Part shown: in pieces, positions 18,962 through 29,663 of the stretch
How the letters are laid out: every line of letters begins with the position of its first letter
How positions within the stretch are numbered: the stretch's first letter is position 1
IMG/VR virus record: IMGVR_UViG_3300026097_000022
Coordinates: 1-63,103 of that record
Length of the DNA stretch: 63,103 nucleotides
Reading direction: 5' to 3' (one strand)
Source: a virus
Taxonomy: Duplodnaviria; Caudoviricetes
Made by a program: the position numbers and the translations under genes
Notes under the pieces: model-generated
Seen by the model: the letters and a program-made list of their open reading frames with translations, nothing else
What the model was told of the DNA's origin: nothing
Databases searched by the model: none

Positions 18962-21900
18962 TTAGTTATGCGCCTTAGAGTCTGCTACTATCGTATTGAT
19001 AGCAAACAGTTCAATAGGGTCGCTTGAAGTTTTTGTCATTTTAATCTTAGCGTAGTAATCTCTTACCTGATCGCCTTCTACAGAGCTGCTACCAACAACC
19101 ACTAGTAAGTCTCCTGCTACAGCTGTTACACTACCACTAAAGGTAACTTGTTTTGCCCCAGATATACTGACAGGATTTACAGATAAGCTGTTGAGCTCTG
19201 TTGCGCCAACCTTATATGCAGTAGCTGTAGCCCCTAGTGGGAAGCTTGTGCTAATAGAGTTAGTGAAGGTTACAGCTGATCCGTTTACCGAAGCTACCTC
19301 ACCTAAGCTAAAGATTTCACTAGTACTTGTTACAGAATCGATAGTACTTCCGTAAGAAGATGTAGCACCGTGTATGTAAGAGTAGTAGAAACCTTCTCTT
19401 TCTTTGAATAGAGATTCAGCAATAGTAACGCTTTGTGTAGCTGTAGTAATAACAGCTGACCAAGGGGTGTTACCTTCAATAGACACAGACTCGAAGGTCT
19501 TGATAGCAGAAGGTTCTATGTTTGATACTACCTCTACAATAGACTCTGATGTCGCAGCACCGTAGAACGTGTTTCTGTCAGCATTCTCATCGTGTCTGTA
19601 TATCTTACCTCCACTGAATGAATACATTGTAGAGTGTACAGAGTCAATTCGCTCCGGCACAAAAGAATATCTCGTAGCCCACTTTCTTGTTGCTGTTCCG
19701 TAAGCAACAGTAAATGCATCCAGTGTAGATGAAGAAGGGTCAATAGATCCTGTAGAATCTGAGTCACAATAAGCATTATCAAAGAAGAATGAAGGCTTGT
19801 ACATATTTACCCGGATCATCACAAAGAAGTCTAGGTTGCTGTTCGTAGCTACACCTAATACACTTGATGCCTGAAAAGGCAAGCTTGTGTATATTGGTGC
19901 CCCACTTGATAGCTGGTCCAGATAAACTACAGCTTCAATACCCTCATCAAAAACATCACATATATCATCGAATGTACGTGGATCAGTTAAGAATCCAAAT
20001 ACAGCTGTCGGATTGTATTGTATTGGTGCTGATACTTCTGTACCCGTAGAGTCTAGAGAAACTTCGTAGCTGTACTCATCTGTATTGATGTGTACTTGAG
20101 AGCTAGTAATTTCTCCGGAGTGTACAATGTACTGATCAGTATCGTCATCTATACCACCACCAACTAAATGTGTACTGTATTTAGAGATGCTGCCAAACTT
20201 ATCGTCAAAGTAAGACTCCATACCGACATCACTTATAATTGTAATGCCTTGACTATCAATCCTAAGTGCCTTGTTAGCATTAACATCAGCAAAGTATGTC
20301 ATACCATCTTTAAAGGCTACAGACTCAGGGTGAGAACCTAAGCCGTACTCTCCGGTGTAATAGCGTTCATTGCCTAGTACATTTGTAGAAAGAGATACGA
20401 TCTGATCTCCAGATCCTGACTGCAACACCTGTCTGCCTACACCGATCACACCACAACGCTTCTCTTGTAAGAAGTACAAAGCCTCGTTGTATCCTACTAG
20501 ATACTTGATGCTTCCGTGCTCGTAAGCTAAATCCTTATAGTTAGCTAGCGATAGATTAAAGGAAGAGAGGTTAAGTCTTGTGCTGTCTTCAGAATCGTAA
20601 TCAGAATACGTAATAGAACCTCTTCTCTTGACTGTTTTAGCGTCTTGTATATGAGCTATAGGTCTACCAATAGAAGATGCCTTAGAATCAAAGAAATCGC
20701 TCACTGAGTAATCCTCTATATATCTGGCAATTGAAGAGAAACTAGGGTAACCAGAATCACCTGTAAATAGGTAGGATCTGTTTTTAGAAGATGTAAATAC
20801 ATTTCTTCTACGGAAGTATACATCGCCCAAGTCTAGGTTAACAACGCTATCTGGATTAGAAACAGCGTAAGTTCCTGTTGTAGCAGTAATGTTTGACGTA
20901 CCAAATCCAATATATAGAGATCCCTTTCTGTACACGTTACCTACAGTAATAGCTGTAGAACCTGATACAAGTATATCGCCCTTGAAAACTTCTTCGGTTG
21001 TAGTAAACTCTACAGAGGTAGGCGCTCCATTTGTGATGGTTACAGCTACACTGTTTGCAGTTCTTTCACCTTGATGCACGCCATTCACCACTTCGTAAGA
21101 CTTACCAATCTCATAGTAGATGTTAGTAGCTGTCCTGTTGGTATTGTAGATCTCAACCACACACTCCTTGAACCAGTTTGTGTTCTTATTGAGTATGCTT
21201 TGTACGTTAAAACCTATTGCGTTTTTGTTATCCTCTAAGACAACGAACTCCCCAGTAGTATACTCTAAAGAACGGCTAGAAGATTTATCGAGTATAGGGT
21301 TGCTTGAGTCATCAGTGAAATTCTCAAGACCTAATACTTTAAATTCCTCCGTTGTTCTAGAGTCTCCATCAAATGACACAATACGTAGTATATCTCCCTT
21401 TTGATAGGTGTAAGATATATCAGCACCTGTCACAGAGTTGTACCCTGAAGACTTGCTAGACAACGTGTTCAAAGAAAGATATATCACCTTGTTTGGAGTG
21501 ATCTGCAAGGAAACGTCTTCACGGAACGGTAAGTACGCACCACCTACCCCATACATAAGTTTAAGCTCACTCTCTCCACGACCAGTGTATACTGGTGCCC
21601 AACGCTTAGCCCAAGAAGGTGCTGAATGTTGTAACCTCATTACCACAGATGCCGCACCGTATAAATCGTTCTCTGAAGATCTGTCGTTAAGTGATTCAAT
21701 GTAGGTGTTGCCTAGTTCCTGTACACCACCACTTCGGTTGAATTCATCGTAATACACCACACCTAGCTTGTGGCTAGAGCCTGATTTAAACGCTCGTGTG
21801 GACACTTCGTCCTCACTGGCAAAGATACCTCCAGCCTTGTAAATGGTGACTGCTCTGAAGCTTAAATCGTATATCGATGAATCTATATGTATTACTGGCG

Positions 21901-23530
21901 CTGCAAGAACTTCTCTGCGTACACTGCCTACCACAAGCTCTCTTATGTAAAGATCCAACGTTGACAGCTTGAAAGATAATTCGTCAAGTCCAGTAGTTCT
22001 GGAAGCTGTAAACACTGCCTGAGCATCAAACAGTGCATTCTCTTGAGCCATATTGAATCCATTGTTTTCAAGATTCACAAAACCTGAAGCCATACCTGAC
22101 AACGATACATTGTAGCTTGAAGAGGTGATCCCGTTTATTACAGCTGTAATCACATCTGCTTTAGATGTTGCCACAGAAAACTCAATAACATTAGAGATAT
22201 GTATTCCGGAAAACAAGAAATTAATGTTAGTCTCCGTTTGCGCTATGTCTATAGAAGCTGTTCCAGAACCGTCTCTGTTAGAATATACTACAGTGATGTC
22301 ATCAAAGTCAATCTTATCATCATAAGTGTCTCCACCTACCGTGATGTATTCTGCTCCAATATGTGCGTTGATATACACCTTTGAGTTAGCTGGCAATCCA
22401 GCTGTATCATCAATCTCCGAGAAGTCTGGATACATATTACCAGCGGCATCAACAGTAAACGGTATATCGTATACTACACCTTCTTTTGCGTAGTTTGGTA
22501 ACAGCTCTACATCTGTATCTATATTGGGATACCCTTCTGTGTACCCACCGTACATTAATCTACCATTCACAATCTCTTGAGAGTCTGCGATCTGTGGCAC
22601 GTTATCGTACAGCTTGGTTCTTTCGTTCTCGGCAAGGGCTACACCGTACTCATCATTAATGAAGTTGATCGTAGCTGTTGTAGCTGTAGGGACATTGGTG
22701 ACCTCAGCAATCTCATAGAACGTGCCCTCATTACCCTCTCTAGCATACAAGAATATCTTATCGACATCTGCTGAGCTGTATTTCAAGAACACATTGATCT
22801 GATTGTAGAAATTATCTTGACCAGGAGTTGTAAATCCTCTACGTAGCTGATTTTGGTTTACCGTAAGAGAGCTGTAAGGAGAGATAGCACTATGCTCACC
22901 GTCTGCATATACATACTTGTACGCAAACTGAAACACCTTGTCCTTGATGTTGTTCTCCTTTAAGTCGGGGTTGTTAACCACAACGTATGCCGGAGGATCT
23001 AAAGGTGGAGCCTTAGCTACTGTAAGCACAGCTAGCTTTTCGTCATCCGTACCTGTAAGCAACTGAGGGTAACCGTTTACTAGCGCCTTATCTGTATTGA
23101 TCTTCTTAGGAGCTGTAAGCCCATCACTGAAGTACAGAAGCACATCGTTATTGTTATTGACGAATATGTTTCCCTTGACAAATCCTTTCTCTGTAAACCC
23201 TAGCACAGAATCTTTAATAATTCTAAATGCCCTGTTTGCTCCTACACTGTAACGGTAGATGCTATGATCGTCATTACTGTTCCAAACGAAGTAAAATATA
23301 TACCCAAGCTGCTCGTCAGAAACGCTTCCAATAACCTTGTTAGTACCAGCAGGCAAAGACTTGTCTAAATCAACAGCTGTATTACCATAAGCGTTCTTTA
23401 CCACAAAAGCTTGACCCGTATCATCAGAAGACACACGGATGTTAAGCGCATCAGTCATCTCTACAGACTTAATCTGACGCTCATCATCATCTTTATTTAG
23501 GTAATTAGGTGTAAGTTTATGTACAGCCAT
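18962..23530 (-). CDS. tail stabilization/nozzle (crAss-like muzzle) protein
   Basis: 1522 aa; LNKDDDER..DALNIR N-terminus, FAYKYVY.DGE.SA.SP.S, G..YYDEFNR, YFAD motifs. Confidence 0.75.
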   Translation of the reverse strand: MAVHKLTPNYLNKDDDERQIKSVEMTDALNIRVSSDDTGQAFVVKNAYGNTAVDLDKSLPAGTNKVIGSVSDEQLGYIFYFVWNSNDDHSIYRYSVGANRAFRIIKDSVLGFTEKGFVKGNIFVNNNNDVLLYFSDGLTAPKKINTDKALVNGYPQLLTGTDDEKLAVLTVAKAPPLDPPAYVVVNNPDLKENNIKDKVFQFAYKYVYADGEHSAISPYSSLTVNQNQLRRGFTTPGQDNFYNQINVFLKYSSADVDKIFLYAREGNEGTFYEIAEVTNVPTATTATINFINDEYGVALAENERTKLYDNVPQIADSQEIVNGRLMYGGYTEGYPNIDTDVELLPNYAKEGVVYDIPFTVDAAGNMYPDFSEIDDTAGLPANSKVYINAHIGAEYITVGGDTYDDKIDFDDITVVYSNRDGSGTASIDIAQTETNINFLFSGIHISNVIEFSVATSKADVITAVINGITSSSYNVSLSGMASGFVNLENNGFNMAQENALFDAQAVFTASRTTGLDELSFKLSTLDLYIRELVVGSVRREVLAAPVIHIDSSIYDLSFRAVTIYKAGGIFASEDEVSTRAFKSGSSHKLGVVYYDEFNRSGGVQELGNTYIESLNDRSSENDLYGAASVVMRLQHSAPSWAKRWAPVYTGRGESELKLMYGVGGAYLPFREDVSLQITPNKVIYLSLNTLSSKSSGYNSVTGADISYTYQKGDILRIVSFDGDSRTTEEFKVLGLENFTDDSSNPILDKSSSRSLEYTTGEFVVLEDNKNAIGFNVQSILNKNTNWFKECVVEIYNTNRTATNIYYEIGKSYEVVNGVHQGERTANSVAVTITNGAPTSVEFTTTEEVFKGDILVSGSTAITVGNVYRKGSLYIGFGTSNITATTGTYAVSNPDSVVNLDLGDVYFRRRNVFTSSKNRSYLFTGDSGYPSFSSIARYIEDYSVSDFFDSKASSIGRPIAHIQDAKTVKRRGSITYSDYDSEDSTRLNLSSFNLSLANYKDLAYEHGSIKYLVGYNEALYFLQEKRCGVIGVGRQVLQSGSGDQIVSLSTNVLGNERYYTGEYGLGSHPESVAFKDGMTYFADVNANKALRIDSQGITIISDVGMESYFDDKFGSISKYSTHLVGGGIDDDTDQYIVHSGEITSSQVHINTDEYSYEVSLDSTGTEVSAPIQYNPTAVFGFLTDPRTFDDICDVFDEGIEAVVYLDQLSSGAPIYTSLPFQASSVLGVATNSNLDFFVMIRVNMYKPSFFFDNAYCDSDSTGSIDPSSSTLDAFTVAYGTATRKWATRYSFVPERIDSVHSTMYSFSGGKIYRHDENADRNTFYGAATSESIVEVVSNIEPSAIKTFESVSIEGNTPWSAVITTATQSVTIAESLFKEREGFYYSYIHGATSSYGSTIDSVTSTSEIFSLGEVASVNGSAVTFTNSISTSFPLGATATAYKVGATELNSLSVNPVSISGAKQVTFSGSVTAVAGDLLVVVGSSSVEGDQVRDYYAKIKMTKTSSDPIELFAINTIVADSKAHN

Positions 23531-23533
23531 TTA

Positions 23534-23935
23534 TTAGTATTTATGTTGGAACCCCTCGTATCCCATTTTATGTAAAAAAGTCTCTGTTAAGTGTGCTTCT
23601 ATAGGGCATTTATATATACCTACAACCTCATAACCCTCGACTATTCTTCCATTCTTTTTATGATCTAACATTCTTTGCCTTAGGTTATTACTAAATCCAG
23701 CATAGTGCTCTTCTGGCAAGTAATACACTGCATAACCTCCAGTCTCTTCCTTGTATATTTTTTTAAACCTGTCTCTACTTTTTTTAACTTTCTCTGGATT
23801 TTTAATTCTGTATTGTCTTGAGTATTCTTTTTTGCACGACTTGCATCTTGAATCAAGTCCATCCTTTGATTTTGGATGACTGTAAAAATCTGATAATTTT
23901 TTAGTTTTGCAGCATTTAGAACATTTTTTCATCAT
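23534..23935 (-). CDS. Zn-finger plus GIY-YIG-like putative homing endonuclease
   Basis: CxxC...CxxC, then AVYY...HYAG..R; AT-rich insert between tail genes. Confidence 0.6.
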   Translation of the reverse strand: MMKKCSKCCKTKKLSDFYSHPKSKDGLDSRCKSCKKEYSRQYRIKNPEKVKKSRDRFKKIYKEETGGYAVYYLPEEHYAGFSNNLRQRMLDHKKNGRIVEGYEVVGIYKCPIEAHLTETFLHKMGYEGFQHKY

Positions 23936-24678
23936 TACATTTTTGGAGATTGACGGAAGTTCTTTCTTAGCATTGACAGTACGTCTTGCTTTCCGAATGA
24001 TTTCATACGGGAATTAGCCTTGCGTCTCTCGTTATAGTATTCTTGTCTTGCTCTAGCCTTTTCATTAGCTGGAACATTACTCTTACGCTCAATAATCTTG
24101 TAGTACATATAAGACCTTAGAGCTTCTTCTGCAAAGATGTGAATCACAGGATTCTCTGAACGAGCTTCGTCTCCTACATACTCTATAAGCACCTTAGCTA
24201 CTGCGCTGTTTGTTGACAGCTCGATTCTATTTTGCTCAAAGTTGATTCGGTACTCACCCAATCCTTTACCTCCTCCAAGTCCGTACAAACGTCCGTTAGA
24301 AGTATTAGAGATAAAGTCTCTGTACACATAAGACTCAAAAGCTTCCATATAAGAAGGGAAGCCTGCTTGTGTGTTAGTCTCTAGTAGATTCAAGTGATTG
24401 TTTCTTACAAAGCTGTACACTAAACCATCACCTCCAACAACACCCAACTTCGTGAGACCTACAAAGTCTACAGGTAAATCAGCTGTACTTAATGCACTGT
24501 CAACGTCAAGCTCCGCAGTCTTAATGCGTTGCCCCATATCAAAACCCATCTCACGAATTCCACGTAAGGCAAAGTTTCGGATAACGGTATCACTTGCATT
24601 AGAGGCGTAGTCATCCCCTGCAAGCGTAAGTATGAAGTCATTTACAACCTGACTAACGGCTACTGTTTCTTGTGACAT
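23935..24678 (-). CDS. tail ring/adaptor protein
   Basis: LPVDFV motif, LIEYVGD; position between capsid and nozzle genes. Confidence 0.6.
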   Translation of the reverse strand: MSQETVAVSQVVNDFILTLAGDDYASNASDTVIRNFALRGIREMGFDMGQRIKTAELDVDSALSTADLPVDFVGLTKLGVVGGDGLVYSFVRNNHLNLLETNTQAGFPSYMEAFESYVYRDFISNTSNGRLYGLGGGKGLGEYRINFEQNRIELSTNSAVAKVLIEYVGDEARSENPVIHIFAEEALRSYMYYKIIERKSNVPANEKARARQEYYNERRKANSRMKSFGKQDVLSMLRKNFRQSPKM

Positions 24679-25421
24679 TATTTAGTTTCTTCTATCTGCT
24701 TTTCTGCTGAAGCATAATTTACTACGTCAGCATCTCGCAGGTTAACACCAATCATCTTTGCGATCTCTACAACCAAGTCTACATAGTAGTGCTCAGGTAA
24801 TTCAAAGTCAATACTGTTCGACGGGCTGTAGATCTCTACGCCTGGAACAGTCGACAAGTACCCAAAGCTTGGCTGTGAGGCTACTTTAGCTCTCGTTGTA
24901 GGGTTTGTACCTTCAGGTAGCTTATAGTACCTTAAATCGATTCTATTAATAGTTGTAGGGAATACTTCGATATCAGAAGATACTAGAGCAACAGGCGCAC
25001 TACTTGTAGGCTTAGATAAGTCGCTAAATAAAATGCGATCAATATCCTCCTGATTGTACACTAAGTCAATCTGAGTCCCTAAAAACGAGCCTAACGCATA
25101 CGTAGACTTTGTATTTACAGCTATGATTCTACCTAAATCTTCAGGCTTAGTGAATACACCATTAGACTTAGAGAGGGTTGATTTTTTTGCGAATACAGAC
25201 AGGTCTTCCTGTAGCTGTTTCTCTTTTGCTTTATCTCTGCCTTGATCAATACCTGTTCTACGGAAACGCATAGCATTGCGCCCCTCGTCAAACAAACGGT
25301 TATATATGTTCATCTGTGCGGCAGCAGCGAACTCATTAAAGACAGCAGGACTTACGAATCCCTTCTGGTCCTTATTGACCAAGTCCTTTAAGGTGCTGTA
25401 TACTCTATTTACACTTGCCAT
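24678..25421 (-). CDS. head-tail ring/adaptor protein
   Basis: NKDQKGFVSP..FN.FA..AQ; YYKLP; FELP motifs; start moved to MASVNRVY after the promoter at 25442. Confidence 0.6.
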   Translation of the reverse strand: MASVNRVYSTLKDLVNKDQKGFVSPAVFNEFAAAAQMNIYNRLFDEGRNAMRFRRTGIDQGRDKAKEKQLQEDLSVFAKKSTLSKSNGVFTKPEDLGRIIAVNTKSTYALGSFLGTQIDLVYNQEDIDRILFSDLSKPTSSAPVALVSSDIEVFPTTINRIDLRYYKLPEGTNPTTRAKVASQPSFGYLSTVPGVEIYSPSNSIDFELPEHYYVDLVVEIAKMIGVNLRDADVVNYASAEKQIEETK

Positions 25422-25441
25422 TAGATTATTCTTTGTTATGG

Positions 25442-25449
25442 CAAAGATA
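25442..25449 (-). promoter_or_regulatory. -7 promoter box TATCTTTG
   Basis: TAnnTTTG, directly after a terminator hairpin. Confidence 0.55.
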
Positions 25450-25451
25450 AC

Positions 25452-25484
25452 AAAAAAGAAGGGGCTGCATTTCTGCAACCCCCT
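25452..25484 (-). terminator. intrinsic terminator
   Basis: GGGGTTGCA-GAAA-TGCAGCCCC followed by a T tract on the minus strand. Confidence 0.65.
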
Positions 25485-25509
25485 CGGTAATAGTAACTTA
25501 TATGTTTCG

Positions 25510-26340
25510 TTACAGTCTGTTGAGCTCTTCGAGCAAACGATCGTAAGTGTCTGCACCTTTTTCTGTCAAACAGAAACGAGTCATAACATCTACTGGATCT
25601 AGTCCGGCAGCAGCTGTAACAATCAAACGGTTCGTGTCAAACCAGTACATACCGTCAGCCTTCTTGTTAAGGATCTGGAACTCAACTGCTTGAAGTACAG
25701 CTGACTTACACTTAACTTGTGGGTTGTCAAACAACTCTACAAAACGTGTAGGGTTCTTCTTAGCATCAATCAATAGATCTCTGCGGATTTCAGCACTCTT
25801 ACGCTTGGTGTTGATACCCAAGAACATAGCAACAGGTAGAAGCTCAGAGATGTCTTTATCTCGTACGAGAGCTACAGCTTCAAACTGTGTGAACTCACGT
25901 TCTAGTTCTTCTTCTGCTGAACGAGACTTATCAATCATCTCAAACAACTTACCGCCATTGGCTTTGTTGTCAGGGTGCATAGATAAGAATGCTAGTAGGT
26001 TTGGTTTTTCAATAGGGACAAACAACATCTTGTTTCTGAAGACTACGTGCTCACGTTGTGCGTGTTCACTCTGCTCTTCTACATAGATAGATTGTTCGTT
26101 AGGAGAGTATCTGATCTGACGGACTCTATTTTGTTCCGGATCAAATACAGTTACCTGTGTGCGAATAGGACATACAATACCACCACCAGTGATGATTTTG
26201 AATGAGCTTGCTTTAGGTTTTTGTGAATCGAATTCCTTGAAGGAGTATTCTCTTTTTACAGCTGTAGGTTTAGCTGTAACCTTGGGAGTTGCAGTGGACG
26301 CAGATTTACGTGCACCTGCTGAGGGCTTTGTGTTTGCCAT
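25510..26340 (-). CDS. conserved protein downstream of the major capsid gene
   Basis: 276-aa ORF; synteny only. Confidence 0.6.
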   Translation of the reverse strand: MANTKPSAGARKSASTATPKVTAKPTAVKREYSFKEFDSQKPKASSFKIITGGGIVCPIRTQVTVFDPEQNRVRQIRYSPNEQSIYVEEQSEHAQREHVVFRNKMLFVPIEKPNLLAFLSMHPDNKANGGKLFEMIDKSRSAEEELEREFTQFEAVALVRDKDISELLPVAMFLGINTKRKSAEIRRDLLIDAKKNPTRFVELFDNPQVKCKSAVLQAVEFQILNKKADGMYWFDTNRLIVTAAAGLDPVDVMTRFCLTEKGADTYDRLLEELNRL

Positions 26341-26376
26341 TGTATTTGTAATTGAATGAAATTAAAAAGTAAAGAT

Positions 26377-26402
26377 AAAAAGGGGAGACCGAAGCCTCCC
26401 CC
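26377..26402 (-). terminator. intrinsic terminator after the capsid gene
   Basis: GGGGAGGC-TTCG-GTCTCCCC-TTTTT. Confidence 0.75.
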
Positions 26403-26421
26403 ATTATCATATGTTTTGATC

Positions 26422-27756
26422 TTACTTGATCAATACGTGTTGGTTAGCTGCACGAGTAACCAAGTTACACTCAGAACGGTAGTTGAACTGCAAGCTATCT
26501 TCGTTAGTGTTAGAAACACCCAAGATAGAACCTGTCATCCAGTGCTCCATTTCACGAGAGTAACCGTTTACAGCTTTGTAGTTCATCTCCAAAGCAGCAG
26601 CACGATCACCTGACTTAGGATCGATAACGCTAGTCAACGGAATCATTACACCCTTGTAAGAAGAACCACCAAGCAATGTTGGGTCGTTCAACAATTTCCA
26701 AGGCTTCTTGTGGAAGGTGTACCCACCACGAGTGAATGACTTGAATCCTAGTTTTACAGCTTGGTCAGCATTAGAGAATGCACCGTAAGCCATTGGTCCG
26801 TTTGTTGGATCTCCAAATCCAGCAGCACCGTTAAGGCTAGCTACCATATCGTCAAGTGCAAGCATCTCAGCTGTGTTAGCGTAGATAGCGTACTCAGGAG
26901 CAGAACCTTGCTTGTCGAGCTCAGCAACGATCAAATCAAGATCAGTCAAACCGTTAGTTCCGAAAGACGGAGTTACGATACCACGATCTTCAATAGCTGC
27001 GAAGTAACCTTCAGAACCTTGAACAGCTTTATCACCTACGGTAGCAGAGTCATTCTTTCCTAACAACATCATCATCTCACGCTTGTCGAGGAAACGCTGA
27101 CGAGTATCTTGCTCACCTTTGATGTACCAACGGTAATCACCACCACCTAAGTTGATGTAACCAATGTTTGTTGCTTGAGAACCAGTAACCTTAAATGTCT
27201 CTTTCAAGATCATATATGGGTTAGTACGGTAAACAACGTTGCTTTCTAGGAAACGCTCTGGTTGATCAGAACCTTCAGCGTACAAGTTACCAATGATTGC
27301 AGCGTCCAATGCGTCAGTTGCAGTTGGAGCTGATACAGTTCCCAATGCCTCTACAGTCACAGTGAATACACCTGCTGCTTCAACGATAGCTGTAACTACG
27401 TAACGATCATCTTCGTGAAGAATAACGTCATTCAAACGAACGAACATCACATCTGAAGCTGTAGTGTCAACTTCAAATTCAAGAGCCGCAGTCCAAGTAC
27501 CTGCTTGCTTAGCGTGTAAGCGAGCTTCCTCGAACCATTCTACTTTGCTTGCAGAACCATTAGCCTTTACAGCTCCGGTCATTTGCAAGAAACCAGTGAT
27601 ACCTTGATCACCGTATGTTTTTACTAAAGCTTCACGTACATCTGGACGCTCTACTTTATTGATGAAGTCACCTAGTGCGGTGTACTTCGCTGGATCCAAC
27701 TGGCGGAAAGACGACTGAACGCCACCGCTAACTGAAGGAGTACTTGATAGTGCCAT
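26422..27756 (-). CDS. major capsid protein
   Basis: 444 aa; follows the acidic scaffold-like gene; VEWFEE, GSEGYFAAIEDRG, LGFKSFTRGGYTF; strong terminator. Confidence 0.8.
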   Translation of the reverse strand: MALSSTPSVSGGVQSSFRQLDPAKYTALGDFINKVERPDVREALVKTYGDQGITGFLQMTGAVKANGSASKVEWFEEARLHAKQAGTWTAALEFEVDTTASDVMFVRLNDVILHEDDRYVVTAIVEAAGVFTVTVEALGTVSAPTATDALDAAIIGNLYAEGSDQPERFLESNVVYRTNPYMILKETFKVTGSQATNIGYINLGGGDYRWYIKGEQDTRQRFLDKREMMMLLGKNDSATVGDKAVQGSEGYFAAIEDRGIVTPSFGTNGLTDLDLIVAELDKQGSAPEYAIYANTAEMLALDDMVASLNGAAGFGDPTNGPMAYGAFSNADQAVKLGFKSFTRGGYTFHKKPWKLLNDPTLLGGSSYKGVMIPLTSVIDPKSGDRAAALEMNYKAVNGYSREMEHWMTGSILGVSNTNEDSLQFNYRSECNLVTRAANQHVLIK

Positions 27757-27779
27757 TTCTTATTTCTTTTATAAATGGT

Positions 27780-28910
27780 TTAAAAAAACTTTAATGTCTT
27801 ATCTGCACCAAGCGCATCAATGATTTGCTTAGCGAGATCATCTCCCGGTTGTGCCTGAGCAACACCAGGAGCTTGAGTCGATACATTTGCAGCCTGCTCA
27901 ACAAGCTTACGCTGTCCGTCACTTAAACCCTGCTGATATAGACTTTTCGCAATCGCATCTATATTATCCACCACGGCTTGGTGTGTGTTGAACTTATCGT
28001 AATCCCATTGACCATCGTCACTAACGTATTGATCAAAGAATGATTCCAAGTTTGTATTCTTATTTACAAGCTGGCTCTTGTATTCGTCAGTAATTCCAAA
28101 GTTGAACTCACCGCTAGGTAAGTCAAAGCTTATAGCTTCTAAAGACTCTGTCTCCTGCTTCATACTAGAAATCCACTGCTCGTCAATAGGACTAGTAGCT
28201 GTAGAATCATTATTGTCTACCGGCAAAGTGTATGAGCTGCGCAACTCATCAATCTGCTTTCTAGACGTATTAGCATCAATCTTAAGCTGTAGTTGAGACA
28301 GCTTGATCTCGTCCTCTGTATACAAGTCCTCATCGAGTTTGTACTTAGATCCGAGAAGCATATCAACTTCTTCACCTGAAAGATCTGGATACTCGTTGAC
28401 CATCGTCAGCTTTACAGCTGTCATATCATCCATTTCGGATGGGTTAATCGATTGGTACTTGAACCAGTCTTCTGGTGAGCGTCCGGTACTTTCGACAAAG
28501 TCGGCAATAACCTTCACACGCTCATCAATCTCTGCTTGTTGTGGAGTAAGCATTTCCTTCAAAGAATCGACACTGTTTAGCTGTACTCCTAGCGTTTCGC
28601 TCAAGTATTGTGCTACAGCCTCGTCACTCATCTGTGGCGCTTGCTCCGGTGTTTCCGTATTTAAAGAACTTTCTACTGGTGCCGCTTCCGGCTCAGCTGT
28701 TGCAGCAGGTGTATCGCCTACTGTATTATCTTCTGTTGATGCAGGTGCTGGCTCTGAAAAGTCAAAGTCAGCTACAACGCCCTCAGGTAATCCTGATTCT
28801 TGCGCTGGTACTGGTTCTGTTTGAGCTGCCTGTACATCTTCTACATTTGCAGACTCCATTTCAAATCCTGCTGCACCTAGTGCACCTTCTAATTCTGTTT
28901 CGCTACTCAT
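27780..28910 (-). CDS. putative capsid scaffolding protein
   Basis: Highly acidic, low-complexity N-terminus; directly upstream of the capsid gene. Confidence 0.65.
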   Translation of the reverse strand: MSSETELEGALGAAGFEMESANVEDVQAAQTEPVPAQESGLPEGVVADFDFSEPAPASTEDNTVGDTPAATAEPEAAPVESSLNTETPEQAPQMSDEAVAQYLSETLGVQLNSVDSLKEMLTPQQAEIDERVKVIADFVESTGRSPEDWFKYQSINPSEMDDMTAVKLTMVNEYPDLSGEEVDMLLGSKYKLDEDLYTEDEIKLSQLQLKIDANTSRKQIDELRSSYTLPVDNNDSTATSPIDEQWISSMKQETESLEAISFDLPSGEFNFGITDEYKSQLVNKNTNLESFFDQYVSDDGQWDYDKFNTHQAVVDNIDAIAKSLYQQGLSDGQRKLVEQAANVSTQAPGVAQAQPGDDLAKQIIDALGADKTLKFF

Positions 28911-28941
28911 AGCTATTGTTTTAAATTGAACTTTCGTGTTA

Positions 28942-28949
28942 CAAAATTA
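28942..28949 (-). promoter_or_regulatory. -7 promoter box TAATTTTG
   Basis: TAnnTTTG upstream of the scaffold-capsid genes. Confidence 0.5.
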
Positions 28950-28993
28950 ACACTTTTCTATATACGCTTTTTAACAGTCTGTTACACAGCTGT

Positions 28994-29305
28994 CTAAAGG
29001 TTCTTGAGTCTTTCGTTCTCACGAGTAAGGAAATCTACCTTGACGCGCAGTGCGTGTACCTCAGCTGTAAGTGCTAGCACCTGCTCACGGAGTTCGTCTT
29101 TCTCGTCTGCGGATCTCGCTAGCAACGACTCCATATTTCTTACTCTATCTTTCAAGTCGTCTCGGTACTGCACACCGTCATCGTTTTGTAGTTGTGATTT
29201 CTTTTCCTCTGCCTTTACTTTGAGCCTAGCTTCAAAGAATTTCCATATACCTGCCGACCCAGCAACGGTAGCTATTGTTACTACTATTTGTGTGATATTA
29301 TCCAT
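28994..29305 (-). CDS. membrane-anchored coiled-coil protein
   Basis: N-terminal TM segment followed by a heptad-rich region. Confidence 0.6.
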   Translation of the reverse strand: MDNITQIVVTIATVAGSAGIWKFFEARLKVKAEEKKSQLQNDDGVQYRDDLKDRVRNMESLLARSADEKDELREQVLALTAEVHALRVKVDFLTRENERLKNL

Positions 29306-29663
29306 TTCGGTGTAGCTGTTCTGTTTTTAATCTTTTAAGACTGCTGAACGAAGAGATTACCAATAACACCCATCCGTAATGAGACGGAGACGGTAATCCA
29401 ATCGTAAGTAAATACATCATTAGACTTGTAGCGTATAAACCGAATGTAATAACAGACGCTCTAATTCGACAAGAAAGTTTTCCCTTAGCTACACATATAA
29501 ACTGATAAACACCTGCTGCGATAAGCATAAGTTGATACACCGGCATAAACCCTATCTCTAAAGCTGTAGCAATAGGAGCGAGTATCATTAGTGCCATAGA
29601 TAATGTAAGTTCAGTAGGCTGGCTATCGCTATAGGTCCATATGTTCTTTACGTTTTTAAACAC
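29298..29663 (-). CDS. multi-pass membrane protein (paralog B)
   Basis: About 4 TM segments; WTYSDSQPTE. Confidence 0.65.
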   Translation of the reverse strand: MFKNVKNIWTYSDSQPTELTLSMALMILAPIATALEIGFMPVYQLMLIAAGVYQFICVAKGKLSCRIRASVITFGLYATSLMMYLLTIGLPSPSHYGWVLLVISSFSSLKRLKTEQLHRNG